From positions 171,678,001 to 171,742,000 of the forward strand of contig OX597815.1 in the NCBI GenBank assembly GCA_951406725.2: DNA of 64,000 bases, given 5' to 3'. Numbering within the stretch: the first letter of the stretch is position 1; each line of letters opens with the position of its first letter. The position numbers and the translations under genes were made by a program. The notes beneath the pieces are model-generated. The model saw only the letters and a program-made list of their open reading frames with translations. It did not search any database and had not been told where the DNA came from. This stretch comes from Octopus vulgaris (Eukaryota). Below, piece after piece: positions 28,633 through 43,216 of the stretch.

Positions 28633-29358
28633 AAATATCAAAATAAACTTTCAAGAGAACATGAAATGTTTTGGTACAGTCGATTTCGCAGCACATAAAG
28701 CTATAAATAATAGCATATAAAAATTGGGCATCCTTTGACTTTTTCAGTCGAAAACGATTTTTCAACCTAATGTGTTGTTATTTTCAAATAATAAATTTCG
28801 ATTTATTTTGCAATTATTAGCAATGATGTCTTTGTGAACATGACACCTAGATCAAAATATGTAAAATTCAGGGTACACTATTATTATCATCATAACCTGC
28901 TATAGTTTTGTTATCCATTTAAAACTAAGACAACAAAATAAATATGAACTTCATGCACCTTCTAGCATTCCTTAATTTCAAATTCACATTTTAATCCCCG
29001 CCTGGTGTATTGTGGCGGTTATCTCCCTTGTATTAACAGCCGTAACCAGAAGTCACAATACGCCCGTCTTCGCGTTCTGAGTTCAAATTCCACCGAGGTC
29101 GACTTAGCCTTTCGGGGTCAGGGATAAATGTAGTAGACTTACTCCCTGCCCTGAAATTACTAGCCCTGTGTCAAAATTTGAAACCATTATAATTCAAAAG
29201 AATATTAGCAAATGTCTAACAGCAGATTTCTTCAGATATATGTCGAAATAATAATTCTTGAATTTTTACATTGTTGTCATCCAGATAAAAGATGGATGAT
29301 GTGTAGATGTATGTACCATACAGCCACGCCTCTGCCTATAACTATTATTGCTGCTGCT

Positions 29359-29640
29359 AAGGCGGCGAGCTGGCAGAATCGTTAGCACGCCGGGCGAAAT
29401 GTTTAGCGGTATTTCGTCTGCCGCTACGTTCTGAGTTCAAATTCCGCCGAGGTCGACTTTGCCTTTCATCCTTTCGGGGTCAATAAATTAAGTACCAGTG
29501 ACGCACTGAGGTCGATATAATCGACTTAATCCGTTTGTCTGTCTTTGTTTGTCCTCTCTGTGTTTAGCCCCTTGTGGATAGTAAAGAAACAAGTATTTCA
29601 CCCGTCACTACGTTCTGAGTTCAAATTCCGCCGAGGCCCA
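29359..29640 (+). mobile_element. Family B SINE
   Basis: Near-consensus head and core with CpGs retained. Confidence 0.85.
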
Positions 29641-32600
29641 TCCTTCCAAGCTCTTTTACTGCGCTTAGAAGAACTGAAGGACCACTATAATAAGTGTGAA
29701 TTGGAGAGGGAAATATGTTGAATAATTAACTAATCTTCCTGTGTTTTCTTTTACCCAAAGTCAGGAATTTTTCAGCAGTTGCAATGCTAATGTTTACATG
29801 GCTCTTGTCTACTTACTAAACTATCATAACTGATTTTAATTAAATTCACATGCCACTATGTTCCATTCTACAACTTGAAAGAACCAATTGATGAGACAAC
29901 AACTGCAGTACCAAATTATCCCCAATCAAAATATATCACGACAGATGTTTCCAATATATCACAATACAGAACTTAAATATAGTGTACCAGATGTTTTAAT
30001 ATATCATCCCAAACAAATAAAAAATATTAAAAAATGCTATACTTAACAGCTGGTGTGACACATTTATAACATACATCTGATATATTTTTATTCCTACCTG
30101 CAAATATAATATACCAAATGTTTTTATTTTGAACTCTTGAAAAAGGAAATTCAGGCTTTTTATTTGCTACAATTTTGAAAGATTTCAATCTTTAAATTTA
30201 AAATTAATGTTTCCACTAATGACTTCTTTAAGTGTGTCTTTAACCTTTTTCCTGCCCTGTAAATTATGTGATACACAGGACATATTTCCCAGTTTCTTTG
30301 CATTGTATAGGATACACAGTTTTTTCAACCACCTGAGTAATTTGAGACTTATGAAGAGAAAGCTTTTTATTAATATTAATAAGAATGTGTTGGTGGCACA
30401 TAAAAGCACCCATTACACTCTCGGAGTGGTTGGCATCAGGGAGAGCATCCAGCCATAGAAACCATGCCAAATCAGACTGTAGTCCAGTACGGCCTCTCAA
30501 ACTGCCCAACCCATGCCTGCATGGACAACAGATGTTAAATGATGATGATAATATGAAACAAGGACTCAATAAAAGTCTGAAAACATGCATGGACATTTAG
30601 GAAAAACTTATGAAAATGATTTGGATAGGCAAAAAGTTAATAGCCATTGTATAAAATAATTGTTTTTAATTTGGGCACAAGACCAGCAATTTTTTTTGGT
30701 TGGGGTGGAGATACTCAATGACATTACCCTTTTTACTTGACATGTACTTTATTTTATTGACCCCCAGAGGGATGAAAGACAAAGTTGATCTTGACAGGAT
30801 TTGAACTCAGAATATCTACTGTATAAAATAACAATTTTTATATAAATATGACGATGGTTATTTGTTATTTATTCTTCTCCCTGAATGACATTTTTAAGGA
30901 GATTCCTACCAGAAGCTGAAACTGGTCCCCAGATTGTTTACCTAGTCTTAATACCATACCATAGTACACATCAAAACCAATAATAATAACGATAATAATA
31001 ATAATATGGTTTCTTACATGGACATGAAGCTTAAGATTTGAAAATGTACACAGATAGAGAAGTGTAACATTTATATTTTCCCAAGTGTATTGGTAACATG
31101 CACAAATTGATTCACAAAGGGCATTGAAATAGGATTGCAAATAAGGTTCACCAAAAACTTAATATTTCACAACACTTTTCTATAACAATTTCTTTTATTT
31201 TCATTAACAATTATAATAATTTTCAATAAAGCACACAGCCACAAATTTCATGTAGAGTTCACTGCAGTTGATCAAATCCATTTCAGTACTTAACTAAAAC
31301 ATTTATTTTATCAAATATGGAAGGAGAAAGGGAAAAATACAGCCCTGGTATAATCTAAATTCAGAAATTCAGAACTTAAAGATGCTATCAATAGTTCAAT
31401 AATCCTTTAGGCACAAGGCCTAAAATTTTGTTGGAGAGGTGGGCTTGTCAATTACAGTTATTTTATTAATCTCAGAAAGAATGAAAGGCAAAAATTGACC
31501 TTTGCAGGATTTGAACTAGGAACATAAAGAGCTAGAACAAACACTGCAAAGCTTATACCAATTTCTGTGACATTTAAGCAACTGAAGGAATAAAACCCTA
31601 ATTTGTCACAAGGTTAATCCTCAGCTGGTCACTTGTACTCATTTTCAATGGAGTGGACTGAAACAATGTACTCAAAGACATAATATGCTGCCAGGTCCAA
31701 GATTTGAACCCACAACTTAACATTCATGATCTCAGCATCTAAACCATTTGACCATGCACTTTCACAAAATGATTATCAGGTAAATAGAAATAATTCTGAA
31801 TTTTTTTTTTAATTATGATATATAGTTTTATTCATAACTTTGAGTGTGTGTATGTGTACTGTTTAATTTTTTGTTTTAAGAAATGAAAAAGCATTTTATT
31901 ATTTTTCATTTAGAGTCAGCAGTGTTGATATAAGGAAAGAGATTTTACACCCTGGATTGTTGGAACATCATTAGAGATCTGGTCCTCTAGTAATGTGTAT
32001 CAAGGGAAAAATCAACCTCTTGGAACCTGTCCACTTCAAGCTATACACTTTGAGAGTTGAATTCAATACTGGAAACCAACAATATCTTCCACATTAATAC
32101 TGCATTTGGTGCTTAAAGAGGTAGGTCGTTGTTGTTGTTGCTTATCCCAAAGTTGGTCATGACAGAGTAGACCTATGTCAATGACAATCCTGTCTTTTCT
32201 TAAATTTTGAATTAAATAATCTTTTCCTTAAGATGTGGTTTGACGAAGATTCAGTTATTTTTAGCAGATCAAGCAACAAAGCAGAGAGACTCACTCATCA
32301 CTTAAAGTGAATATTTATAACTAAATAAATTTGAGCATTAGGGTTAAATGTCACTGCCAAGACTACAGTAAAGCATCAATGACAGGATATGAACCGCCAA
32401 CCTTTCGACTGGTAGTTTGGCACCTTATCAACTCACCCAGCTATGACTTTCTGGTGAGAGAAGAGTTTATAATGAATTAGCTGCTATTAAAGTTTGTGAT
32501 AAACAGGAAAGACTTAACTGATTGTCAATAGAGTATATTTGACATTTAGATATGTTATGTTCAAGGGATGATTAAGGGCTGAGAAAATTAGAAAGGATAT

Positions 32601-34647
32601 TACAGATGTTATTTAAACAAATGTTGTTTTAATGACATTTGCCAAACAGGAAATGCTAACAGAACAGCTAAAGAATATGGACCAAGTGAATCTAGGACAC
32701 AAATGATTTCACCATGGGCTGCAACAAAACATTTAAATGACATGATGGAAAATACAGAAAAGATCTTCAGAGACATAAAATGTAAGAGAATATTTTTAAC
32801 TGCTTACATGCATATTTCCATACTTAACAAGACTAAAACTGGCTTTAGAAGTTTGTATTTTAGCATTTTATATGAGCAGTTGTTTTGTCTGGATTTAAAA
32901 AAATTTTTTTACAAAAAAGCACATACCTTTTCTACTGATTACCAATAACCAGGTGCATTAGAGCTATCAATATCATCTATAGAAAGATATGGACTTATGG
33001 CTACATAGTCACTATCCTAAACACATTACAAATGTTCTTCTGAAACTATTGTGATGGGATTTAAATTATACAACCACCCAGAGAATAATCGCCACAATTA
33101 CACTGATGAATAAAGAAGCAATCTATTACAGCAGAGAAACTAAATAGAATGACTTGAACCATGCCCTAAGAGCTAAGTCATTAAGTTTGAGCCAAGACAT
33201 TAAAAAAATATGAGAAAATGAAAAAAACATGGCATATCAAGGTAGAAAAAATTTTAGGAAGACTGCAGTGTTATGTATTTTTTAGGACAATAGTTATATA
33301 TTGAACAATACATAAAAATAGTAATAATGTTTTCAAAAGAGATCAATATAGCTTAGTTGACATGACAACAGAACAAGGAAAATCAACTTCAATATATGTT
33401 TGTTTTGGGAATTTAGATTATAAATGTTTCACAAATAACTAACTATAACCTAGAATTAACTATTCCCTCTTAAGGTGAGTATCACTATACTGTAATAAAT
33501 TAGTTAAGTTTCTTATATTTATATAAATATATACTGAAATCGAAAGATTTGAAAAATCCACAAATACAAATATTTTCAAATAAAACCGCTGACTGCAAAT
33601 GTAATTAAAGAAAAAAATTGAAGTTTAGCCCTTTAGCATTTAAAATGGCCATAGCCAGCTGAAATATTCTACCTGTTTTATGGTCAAACTGGTCATATTG
33701 AGCTTTTCACACCTACCCTACAATGTCATGCTAAAAAGTGTTTAAATCACATCATTAAAATCTCAAAGCTATGAAATAATGCATGATTAATGCAAAACAA
33801 CATTAAAAAAATATTAAATTTGACAGAGTAATCAGAATGCCAAAAGATTAAAGAATAAATATATTTGTTCCAAAGAGTTTGGTCTCGTACAAGTCACACA
33901 TAATTAGTAACAATAATTTCTTTCATATCTTTATTGATATATCAACTGATTCACTAATTATGCTGGTATTTTAATTATACTGATCAAATTTTGATTTTCA
34001 TTTTTTTAAAAGTAAGAGTGAGATAATGTCATGTGTACACAGCACAAACATACAACATATTCAATCATATAGAAAAGCAGGTAGACATATATGTATAAAT
34101 GCATATGCATATCTATATATATAAAGCAAAACATTTTATGATTTAAAATACAAGATGTTTATTTTTTAATGTTAATCAGCAATATGAACATTGTTAAAGC
34201 CTAAAAGAATCTCAGGTTTGTATTTGATGTTATTAAAACAATATAATATTCTTTAACGAAACCTATTCTCTAAATTCCAAAACATTTCCATCTGAAATAT
34301 TCAAATGCATTATGCTTCCCATGCACAAGCTCATATACACACCGTTTACACAGTACCATATATCAAAGCACATCTTTTTAACTCATGGCAAGACAAATTG
34401 AACGGATGGCTACAGAAACAAATTCATTTATTGTTGAGTTCAAAAGTAACATGTGAACCACTTGGCCACCAAACATTTTCTTAAACCACTGGTGTACATC
34501 ATTGACCATCCAACCATTCATTTATATCATAAAACAAAGAATTAAATGAACAAGAGATATAAAACACCAAATTATTTTTTAAAGTAATTTTATGATTGTT
34601 ATAAGTATGTTATATATATTTATACACATGTATATTTTCATAATACG

Positions 34648-34695
<48 letters not shown>

Positions 34696-34702
34696 CATAT
34701 GA

Positions 34703-34735
<33 letters not shown>

Positions 34736-35027
34736 GCATATGTGTATATGTGTGTATATATATAGATAAGAGCATTGTAGTTTGTTTGAAACAATGTAGT
34801 ACAGAAGTAGAAAAAGAAAAGGAAAATATAGAAAGCTGCTAACAATGCAGAAAGTTTTACAAACTAGACATTTCTTGAACTACTTTTTTCTGAGGATGGA
34901 GCTTTGCATCTGAAATATAAAGGTTCTTGTGAAATTTCCTGCATTGTTGGAAGCTTTCTATATTTTCCTGTTCTTTTTCCACATGTACATATATGAAATG
35001 CATGTGTGTGTATGCGTGTACATGCAC

Positions 35028-35061
<34 letters not shown>

Positions 35062-35164
35062 CATGCATATCTACAAATATAAGCATATATACAAGATAGA
35101 AAATGGCAATGGTGACTTTGAATTTTACTTCTGTAAGTCTCTATAGAATTCCTTCTTTCAGCGA

Positions 35165-35205
35165 TCACACTAGGTTGCGAAGGTGGCCCATAACATCAAG
35201 TTTAT
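35165..35205 (-). CDS. Probable terminal coding exon of the testican-like gene
   Basis: ttttatattttag acceptor. Phase 1 gives (D)KLDVMGHLRNLV-TGA, followed by AU-rich UTR-like sequence with AATAAA candidates near 34430 and 33930. Confidence 0.6.
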
Positions 35206-35767
35206 CTAAAATATAAAACAATGAAGAACTTTTAATTGATTTGAAGATGATTAACTCTTTTATATCTTTAATTAACGTTTTAAAAATATTAATATATGAT
35301 ACAAATGAATATGCTGAATATAACAAAAGGCAATCAAATGAGTTGATTTTACCTCATACATTCAATATCATTATCACACATACCTCATAAGGTCCCCGTT
35401 GTTTAGATTAGTTAGATTAGTGAAGAACTCCTACACACACTAATGTTTTAAGACTCTCCTTTCCCAAAATTTCCACCATCCTGTCCCTACCATTCCTTCA
35501 GTGTTTTGTTATAACCAGAAATGGCTCTGACGAAAGTAGCATTAATTTTTTTAAGTTGTTCAATTTTTCTCAACTGATCAATAGAGCAATTGAGTAAACC
35601 TACCAGTAATGACCACTGGAAACAACTGTAAGCCATATTAACTCTAATATAGGAAAAATATATAATGACCATTATTTATACCTTGTCTGAGATTATATAC
35701 ATATATATATATATATATATATACTTACATAAAAGACAAAAGGGTACGTGCTCCGCTATATATATAT

Positions 35768-36152
35768 ATCATCATCATTTAGCATCTGCTTTCCATGCTA
35801 GCGTGGGTTGGACGGTTCAACTGGGGTCTGTGAAGCCAGAAGGCTTCATCAGGCCCAGTCTGATCTGGCAGTGTTTCTACGGCTGGATGACCTTCCTAAC
35901 GCCAACCACTCCGTGAGTGTAGTGGGTGCTTTTTACGTGCCACCCGCACAGGTGCCAGATGGAGCTGGCAAACGGCCACGGACGGATGGTGCTTTTTACG
36001 TGCCACCGGCATGGGGGCCAGGCGAGACTGGCAACAGCTACGAACGGATGGTGCTTTTTATGTGCCACCAGCACGAGGGCAGTCGGGGCGGCGCTGGCAA
36101 CGAATGGATGGTGGTGCAGATGGCCACGAACGGATGGTGCTTTTTACGTGCC
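35768..36152 (-). mobile_element. RTE-type 3' tail element with internal tandem repeats and (GAT)n tail
   Basis: Five copies of ggtgcttttta(c/t)gtgcca. Similar copies at about 18100-18320, 19139-19435, 21880-22080, 30388-30550, 41500-41700 and 51293-51665. Confidence 0.8.
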
Positions 36153-38111
36153 ATATATATATACACACACATGATAGGCTTCTTTCAGTTTCCATCTATC
36201 AAAACCCACTCACAAGGCTTTGGTCACCCTGGGGTTATAGTAGAAGGCACTTGCTTAAGGTGCAACACACAAGAACTGAACCCGAAACAATGTGGTGGGG
36301 AAGCGGAATTCTTAGCATACAGTCATACCAACGATTTTAAACCCCAGTATTTATTATATTTATCAGTTGGAATTTAAAACAATATTCACAGACCGAAATT
36401 TGAATACTATAATGTGCTCTATCATTTCCATGAGCTTTTTGTATTATTACTCATAAATTAAAACTAGGAAAATAAGATCTAAAGTTGAGATGGTTTCTTT
36501 TGTTTTGAATATCTTTTGGAGGGGGGGGCAAGTTCAATTATAACTAAAATGTCTCTGTCTTATTTGAGAACTAATAGACATCAAAATTCTGTGACGTTTA
36601 TTGTTAACACTCAGTGCATATTACTATTATGTACCGGTCTTAAGGTAAAGCAAAGTACAGTTGCCTCCCTTGTTACATGTCGTTCAATACTTGATATTTG
36701 GATTGTGAGAGTGCCAGAAATTTCGTTCCACATCAGTCTTCAATTAAATAAACTTAAAAAGTATTAACGCAGGTCAAGGCAAATTTCGTAATAGTTATCG
36801 AAAAGATTAGCAAATGAATATTGTTGAATTGATAATTAACAAAGAGATTAAGCTAAAGAGCGTAATGTTTCATTTTAACTAACATTTTTCTATTAACTGT
36901 TGTCACACTTGCAAACAAATATTTTTAAATAGTTGGCATTTTTTCAAACAAATTATGGCTCTAGTCCATCAAGTGCAGGTTAAATTTCAAATACAAAGCT
37001 TCTGAAATAATTAATCTTTATTTCTTTTGATATTGGATGAAATCAAATTTTGTTAACGTCAGTGTTTAACCATTGGACTATCTGAATATATTACCGGAAT
37101 TTAATTATTTGCCAGAAAAGAATGAAGTCAAAATTTCAGTAAGAGCTAAATACTGTAAGATACTGAGTAAAATAAAATATAACACTCAATTTGGCAGTTT
37201 AATGTCACAGCTAGCTCAATAATCTTGGTTGCTTCCAATAATCTTGGTGTTTTCGCTCAATAATCTTGGTTACAGTGCCATCTTGAGACATGAGTACAGT
37301 GGGCAGTTGCCCAGGGGCCCCACAGATCTAGGGCTCAATTATGAACTATGTATGCTGTAGCTTGCTGTTAATAAATAAATGCTATAGAACCCAGTGCATA
37401 GGGTACTGGTAAGATACTCTTGCTTAGTCACAAAGCCAACTTTTATAAGAGAAGCTTATAGTCAACTGAATAGTACATCAATTTGATTGAATTTCAACTC
37501 AGAATTCAGAGAGATAAAACTAAATGCTATAAAAGCATTTTAGCACTGTAATCTATCATTTTATCAGCTAATTAACCTTCTTAAATTATTGATTGAAATA
37601 TTGATTAAAACAGCACATTTCTTGAAATGAGAGAACATCAGATGAATTAACCAACAGTAAGTATTACAGCATTTAATTTTTGTCTCTAATGTTCTGAATT
37701 CAAATACTATGAAGTTCATACAAACTTTTGTTCTCAGGTGTTACTAAAATAAGAACCAGTTATATTAAATTAAAATGAGTTAACAAACAATAGCTAACTC
37801 CTACAAAAATGATCTAATGCCTGTTTAAGCAAAATTTAACTTAATCTAGATAAGCCTGAGTATATTGCTACTCTTTAATCTATTGTCCGGTAAGAAAGTA
37901 AATGCAAAAATACTAGTTAGTTATTTGAAATAGAAAAGATAAATTATTCTTAGCTCAGAAAATAAGTTCAAATTTACTTTTGAAGTAAGCTATGCTTTTC
38001 CCAAAAGTTGCTACTTAAATTTTTTGAAAAGTTCAAACTTTCTAAATGAAAATTGAAACAGAATTAATTATATTTTAATATTCATTCAAAACAACAAATA
38101 AAAATACTGAC

Positions 38112-38243
38112 CACAATGTGGGGTGGCTCGGGTTCGTGTACCCAGTATTTGATTGCCATTCAGGTCCACACACCAGCAAACACCTTTATGGCACTGGCGT
38201 TTCTCATAATAACCATCTCTGTCACAATGTGGGATAAATGTAG
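38112..38243 (-). CDS. Testican-like gene exon: thyroglobulin type-1 domain
   Basis: ttttgtag acceptor and G|gtcagt donor. TFIPHCDRDGYYEKRQCHKGVCWCVDLNGNQILGTRTRATPHC has the diagnostic QC and CWCVD motifs. 132 nt, phase 1/1. Confidence 0.95.
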
Positions 38244-38743
38244 CTACAAAAAGAAAAAGAAAATTATATTTTCAGGTTTAAGTATCTCAAGGTTAAGAGA
38301 ACTGAGTTATGAATATTGTTAGAAGTGACAATGAAATGTAGAAAAATATGAGTAAATGATTAACTATTTTAAAGTTTTAAAATAACACTAGTGAAGTAAT
38401 GGTGGTCGTTTTGTATAAAGCATAGGGTTTGAAAGGGCTCAAGCTGATTTAGTTGACCAGCATCTGAACAATCAATAACCGAATAGTTATGAATTATATA
38501 TCGAAGTAGCTTGTCAAATAATAACAGTCAGGAACAGTCTTAACTATTATTGTAAATGTAAATTAATAAATAAATGTAAAACAACCAGAGAATTTAGTTG
38601 GTTTACTAAAATAAATGAGCAGATATTTTTGTTAAAGATTATTATTGAAATTGTAATTGTAAAGAATGAGCAGAATTCTAAGCTGAATAATATATTCGAA
38701 TGGTTGATCCAAAAGTTATGAATTTAAAATCCTCTGTTAGTTC

Positions 38744-39650
38744 ATAATAATAATAATAATAATAATAATAATTGTGTACAGTGCTCAGGTGCACTACAAC
38801 TCATCTAAAGTGTATATATAATCAGGTGTAGTTTCGACGGATTTCGGGAAGCATGAGGGCCTTAAAGGATGCAGTGTCATGGCAGTCAACAACTGATGCA
38901 GGCAGTTTATTCCACGCTTCAGCAACCCTGAGCGTGAAAAAATGTTTCCGAAAGTCATGGGAGCATGTCCACGTGTGTTAGACACATGGAGATCAAAAAG
39001 GTGTTCAGTGTTGTTGTTGGTGAGGTGGTTGATAACCTTGTGGGTGTTTACCAAGTCCGTCGCTAGACGCCGGAGCTTCAGTGAATCCATGCCCAGGGAA
39101 ACAAGGCGCTCAGAATATGGTAGGTGTCTGATGGAGGGTATGCGTTTGGTTGCACGTCTCTGGACAGATTCCAGGAGGTCAATGTTCTGAGCAAGATAGG
39201 GATTCCAAACTGATGATGCGAATTCCAAGTGTGGTCGTACCATAGCTGTATACAGTTTTAAATAGATGGCTGGAGAGCGGCTAACAAAAGTCTTGCTGAG
39301 TGATGCCAAGACACCCTCGGCCTTCTTGACAATTTTAGAGATATGCTTTGTCCAACGCAAATCACTGCTGACAGTGATGCCTAGGTGACGCTCGCAAGAG
39401 GATTTCTTGATATCAGTGTTGTGGAGGGAGTATGTGGACGCAGGGTTTTTCTCCCAAAATGCATGGTGGTACACTTGTCCACAGCCAGTTTCAGTTGCCA
39501 GTCTGTGATCCATTGCTGCATTGTGTCTAGGTCTGATTGCAGGAAAGAGTTGTAGACATCAGGATCAGTCCTCTTGATTTCAAGGTACAGCTTGATGTCG
39601 TCTGCATATTTCAATACTGTGGCATTCTTTAAATTGGCATCCAGATATCT
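38744..39650 (-). mobile_element. 5'-truncated CR1-like LINE (RT C-terminus, 3' UTR, (TTA)n tail) in a testican intron
   Basis: LKYADDIKLY...LQSDLD..QWITDWQLKLAVDKCTTMHFG, a frameshift, then ERHLGITVSSDLRW...LYTAMVRPHLEFASSVWNPY...LESVQRRATK. Confidence 0.92.
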
Positions 39651-41133
39651 GATTGAGTTGATGAACATAGAAAGGGCTTTCTCAGATTGATTGATCACAG
39701 CATGTAAAATTGTGCATTTAGTGAGTAATCAGCCAAATAAGAAGAAACTAATGAATTAATATTTTTATGAATTTTTATTTATAACCGAGGTTCATGGATT
39801 ACTGTGGAAAACGTATTTCTTTTGAAGAGGATCTTAGCAATAGCATGAACATTGTCATTAAAGATATTTCCAAGGAATACTGAGAAGAGATAATTATAAT
39901 AGTTTTGTTTTAAAACAACAATACTTATAATAGTCCAATTTTGAAACAACAACACGACTGATGACTAGGAATTTCATAATGCGTTTTTCTTATAGAAACA
40001 GTAAGAAAGCTGTATGTTTATCTAATGTAACACCAAGATTTTTTTTACCTCACAAGAGATAATTATATCAGTGTCATTAAAACGGATGTAATTAATAATG
40101 AATTCTCTCTTCTGATTTTATAGGGTTTTGTTTGAAATATTAATCATTAATTTACATATTAATGTTTAAGACAGTATAGGACATTGAGACATCTAAATGA
40201 ATATTATATATATTGGAAGCATATACATATAATGTGTATGTTATATTATGGATTTTTGCTGTGCATGTGTGTGTACATGTGTATATAGGTACACACATAT
40301 ACATCACACACAATTTATGTGTACAATACATAATTTTTTTAACATTGTGCATGTGTGTGTGCATGTGCATGCATGCATGTCTGTGTTCAAACACTGGAAA
40401 TATATTTGAATTTGCAGATCTTGATGGGAAGTGTTTTTTATTTTAAAGGTAGATTTAAAATAACCTGAATTGAAAGCCTGGTGAGCATTTGTATAACCAT
40501 GTGCATCGAAACAAAATTGAAAATAAATTGCATTACAGGGATGTAAACAAACCAACACCAGTTGTCAAATGGTGGTTGGGGGAGACAGATACCAAGACAC
40601 ACACACACACACATATATATATATTCAACAGGCTTCTTTCAATTTCTGTCTAATAAATCTACTCACAAATCTTTGTTTGGTCCAGGGCCTTAGAAGACAC
40701 TTGCCTAAGGTGCCACACAGTAGAACTGAACCCAGAACCATGTGGTTGAGAAGCAAACTTCTTATCACACAGCTATTTACCCAAACTGACTAAAATCAAT
40801 AATGACTAAATAAAGGAATATGGAAAAGTTTGAATATTTAGAAATTTCGGTAATGCTATAAATTAAAACCACATTATGAGGAAAAGAAAGGTAGCAAACT
40901 GGCAAAATCATAATAATGTCAGTAAAATGCGTTGTGATATTTCTTCTGGCATATTAGATTCTGAGTTCAAATTCTGCCAAAGTCAGCTTTGTCATTCATC
41001 CTTTCAGGGTCAATAAAATAACTACAAGTCCAGTATTGGGGTCGATGTAATCAACTTTTCCACTTCCCTTCAGAATTTCTGGTCTTGTGCCAAAATTAAA
41101 AAGAATTATAAAGAAAGAAAATTTTAATTTTAC

Positions 41134-41190
41134 CTGATTTCATAACAGCATCAGATCGGAGTCTCCTCAAGTGGGAAAAACATGGCGGTC
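41134..41190 (-). CDS. Testican-like gene exon: start of the thyroglobulin-1 domain
   Basis: ctttag acceptor and G|gtaaa donor. (R)PPCFSHLRRLRSDAVMKS(A); 57 nt, phase 1/1. Confidence 0.85.
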
Positions 41191-42121
41191 CTAAAGAGAT
41201 GACAATTAAAATACTTTAGAAAAATAATAACTTCTTTTCTTTTTATGACTTAATCAGAAGAGAAATGACACTATTCATGACCTGTGCATGAGCTCTAAGA
41301 CAAATGAATTAGGTAGGAAGAAAGGTAAAAACCCACAACTCACAAATTGTTCCAACAAAACACTAAATTTTCCTCAAACTTCAGATGGCTTAAATACTTT
41401 CAATCAGATATTTAATTCCACTTATACAATTTGAAAAAGGTGTAATGACTACAATTTCCCATTTTCCTACAGTCATGTAAGAAGCAATTTCCAGAGATAC
41501 CTGTGTCGGTGGCACATAAAATCACCCACTACACACTCGGAGTGGTTGGCGTTAGGAAGGGCATCCAGCTGTAGAAACACTGCCAGATCTGACTGGCCTG
41601 GTGCAGCCTTCGGGCTTGCCAGACCCCAGTTGAACCGTCCAACCCATGCTAGCATGGAAAGCGGACGTTAAACGATGATGATGATGATGATGATGATGAT
41701 CACTAGATTTTAACTTATGCAAGTCATGTTGTCTCAATAAACTTGATATATCTCAACAAAAAATAGTTTCAAACATGACATTTCTCAATGAAAGATAGAC
41801 TGGTATTTAAAACTGCTTTCTGAAGTTAAGAGTAATGAAATTTTGAGTGGATATATATGATTTCTGCAGTAAAAGAGTTGTACAGTAGAGCACTCAGATA
41901 AATTCTATAACTTTATTAACTTTATGATATTTATGAAGATGTTTCTCATAAGACATTCTACTTATTCTTAGCAGACAAAGCATTAAACTTTCAATAAACA
42001 CACATTCTTTCTCGCCTTCTCTTTCTCTCCTGTTAAGATAAAGCCAAAGTGTAAGAAAACTTAAAAGACAACTGACCATTTTCTCAAAATGGATATTCAC
42101 CACTGGAATCGCCACTACCAA

Positions 42122-42357
42122 CTCTTTACTCTCTTTTACTCTTTTACTTGTTTCAGTCATTTGATTGCGGCCATGCTGGAGCACCGCCTTTAGTCGAGCA
42201 AATCGACCCCAAGACTTATTCTTTGTAAGCTAAGTACTTATTCTATCGGTCTCTTTTGCCGAACTGCTAAGTTACGGGGACGTAAACACACCAGCATCGG
42301 TTGTCAAGCGATGTTGGGGGGACAAACACAGACCCATAAACATATACACACATGTAC

Positions 42358-42388
<31 letters not shown>

Positions 42389-42552
42389 TAGGACGGGCTT
42401 CTTTCAGTTTCCGTCTACCAAATCCACTCACAAGGCTTTGGTCGGCCCGAGGCTATAGTAGAAGGCACTTGTCCAAGATGCCATGCAGTGGGACTGAACC
42501 CAGAACCATGTGGTTCATAAGCAAGCTACTTACCACACAGCCACTCCTATGC
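42122..42552 (-). mobile_element. SINE family A, full copy
   Basis: Reverse complement of the copies at 52364 and 56714. Confidence 0.9.
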
Positions 42553-42653
42553 CAAAGGTATAAAATTTTAGGTCTCTTTATAATTTCATTGAATTTATGT
42601 TTTGGAATCAAATTTTATAGTTTCCAAAATAAAGCGACGCTTCCAATACTTAC

Positions 42654-42857
42654 GCACAGCAGCAAAACAGCAACACCATTCATGTCTGGTCAATTTGGAA
42701 TCATGGTTTCGGTCACAGGAATCCATAAATGGCTCCACACAAGGTTCCATTTGATTGTTTTCAATCTTAGATAGTTCTTTCTTGGTTATATGTTTGTCAC
42801 CATCAAAATCCAAGCGTTTGAACTCCCAGATAATTGAACGAACACAATGACATTTAC
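42654..42857 (-). CDS. Testican-like gene exon: EC domain EF-hand pair
   Basis: tttag acceptor and C|gtaagt donor. KCHCVRSIIWEFKRLDFDGDKHITKKE...EPCVEPFMDSCDRNHDSKLTRHEWCCCFAAV contains two canonical EF loops plus the testican EWC-x-CF motif. 204 nt, phase 1/1. Confidence 0.95.
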
Positions 42858-43216
42858 CTAAATAATTAAAGAGAAAAAAGTACTATGAACAGGAAATATA
42901 TATATAAAAAAGAACATTTATCAGAAAAAAGGTGGTAGAAATGACAAAAAGATGAAGCAGAAAATATATGGTAGTCACTTTTCTTGAAATGCCAACAATC
43001 ACTGGTTCATCATTTAACCATTATATTTATTATAGGCTAACACCATTTCTTGCAGACGTGATCCAAACAAATTAGTCAAACTATCTTGTAAATCTATCTT
43101 AGATACAAAAATATAAACCAAACCCATTACAGGTCTTTCACTTTTCCTGACAATATTTCCTCACCCAAGTTAGACTTTTAATGCACATTTCATAAAGCTT
43201 GCCTTTTATTTGAATG

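Noticed and set aside
35920-36152. Repeat-spacer pattern reminiscent of a CRISPR array
   Set aside because: Eukaryotic retroelement tandem repeat with related spacers and no cas genes.
35808-36377. 189-aa ORF
   Set aside because: Antisense read of an RTE tail repeat plus a SINE.
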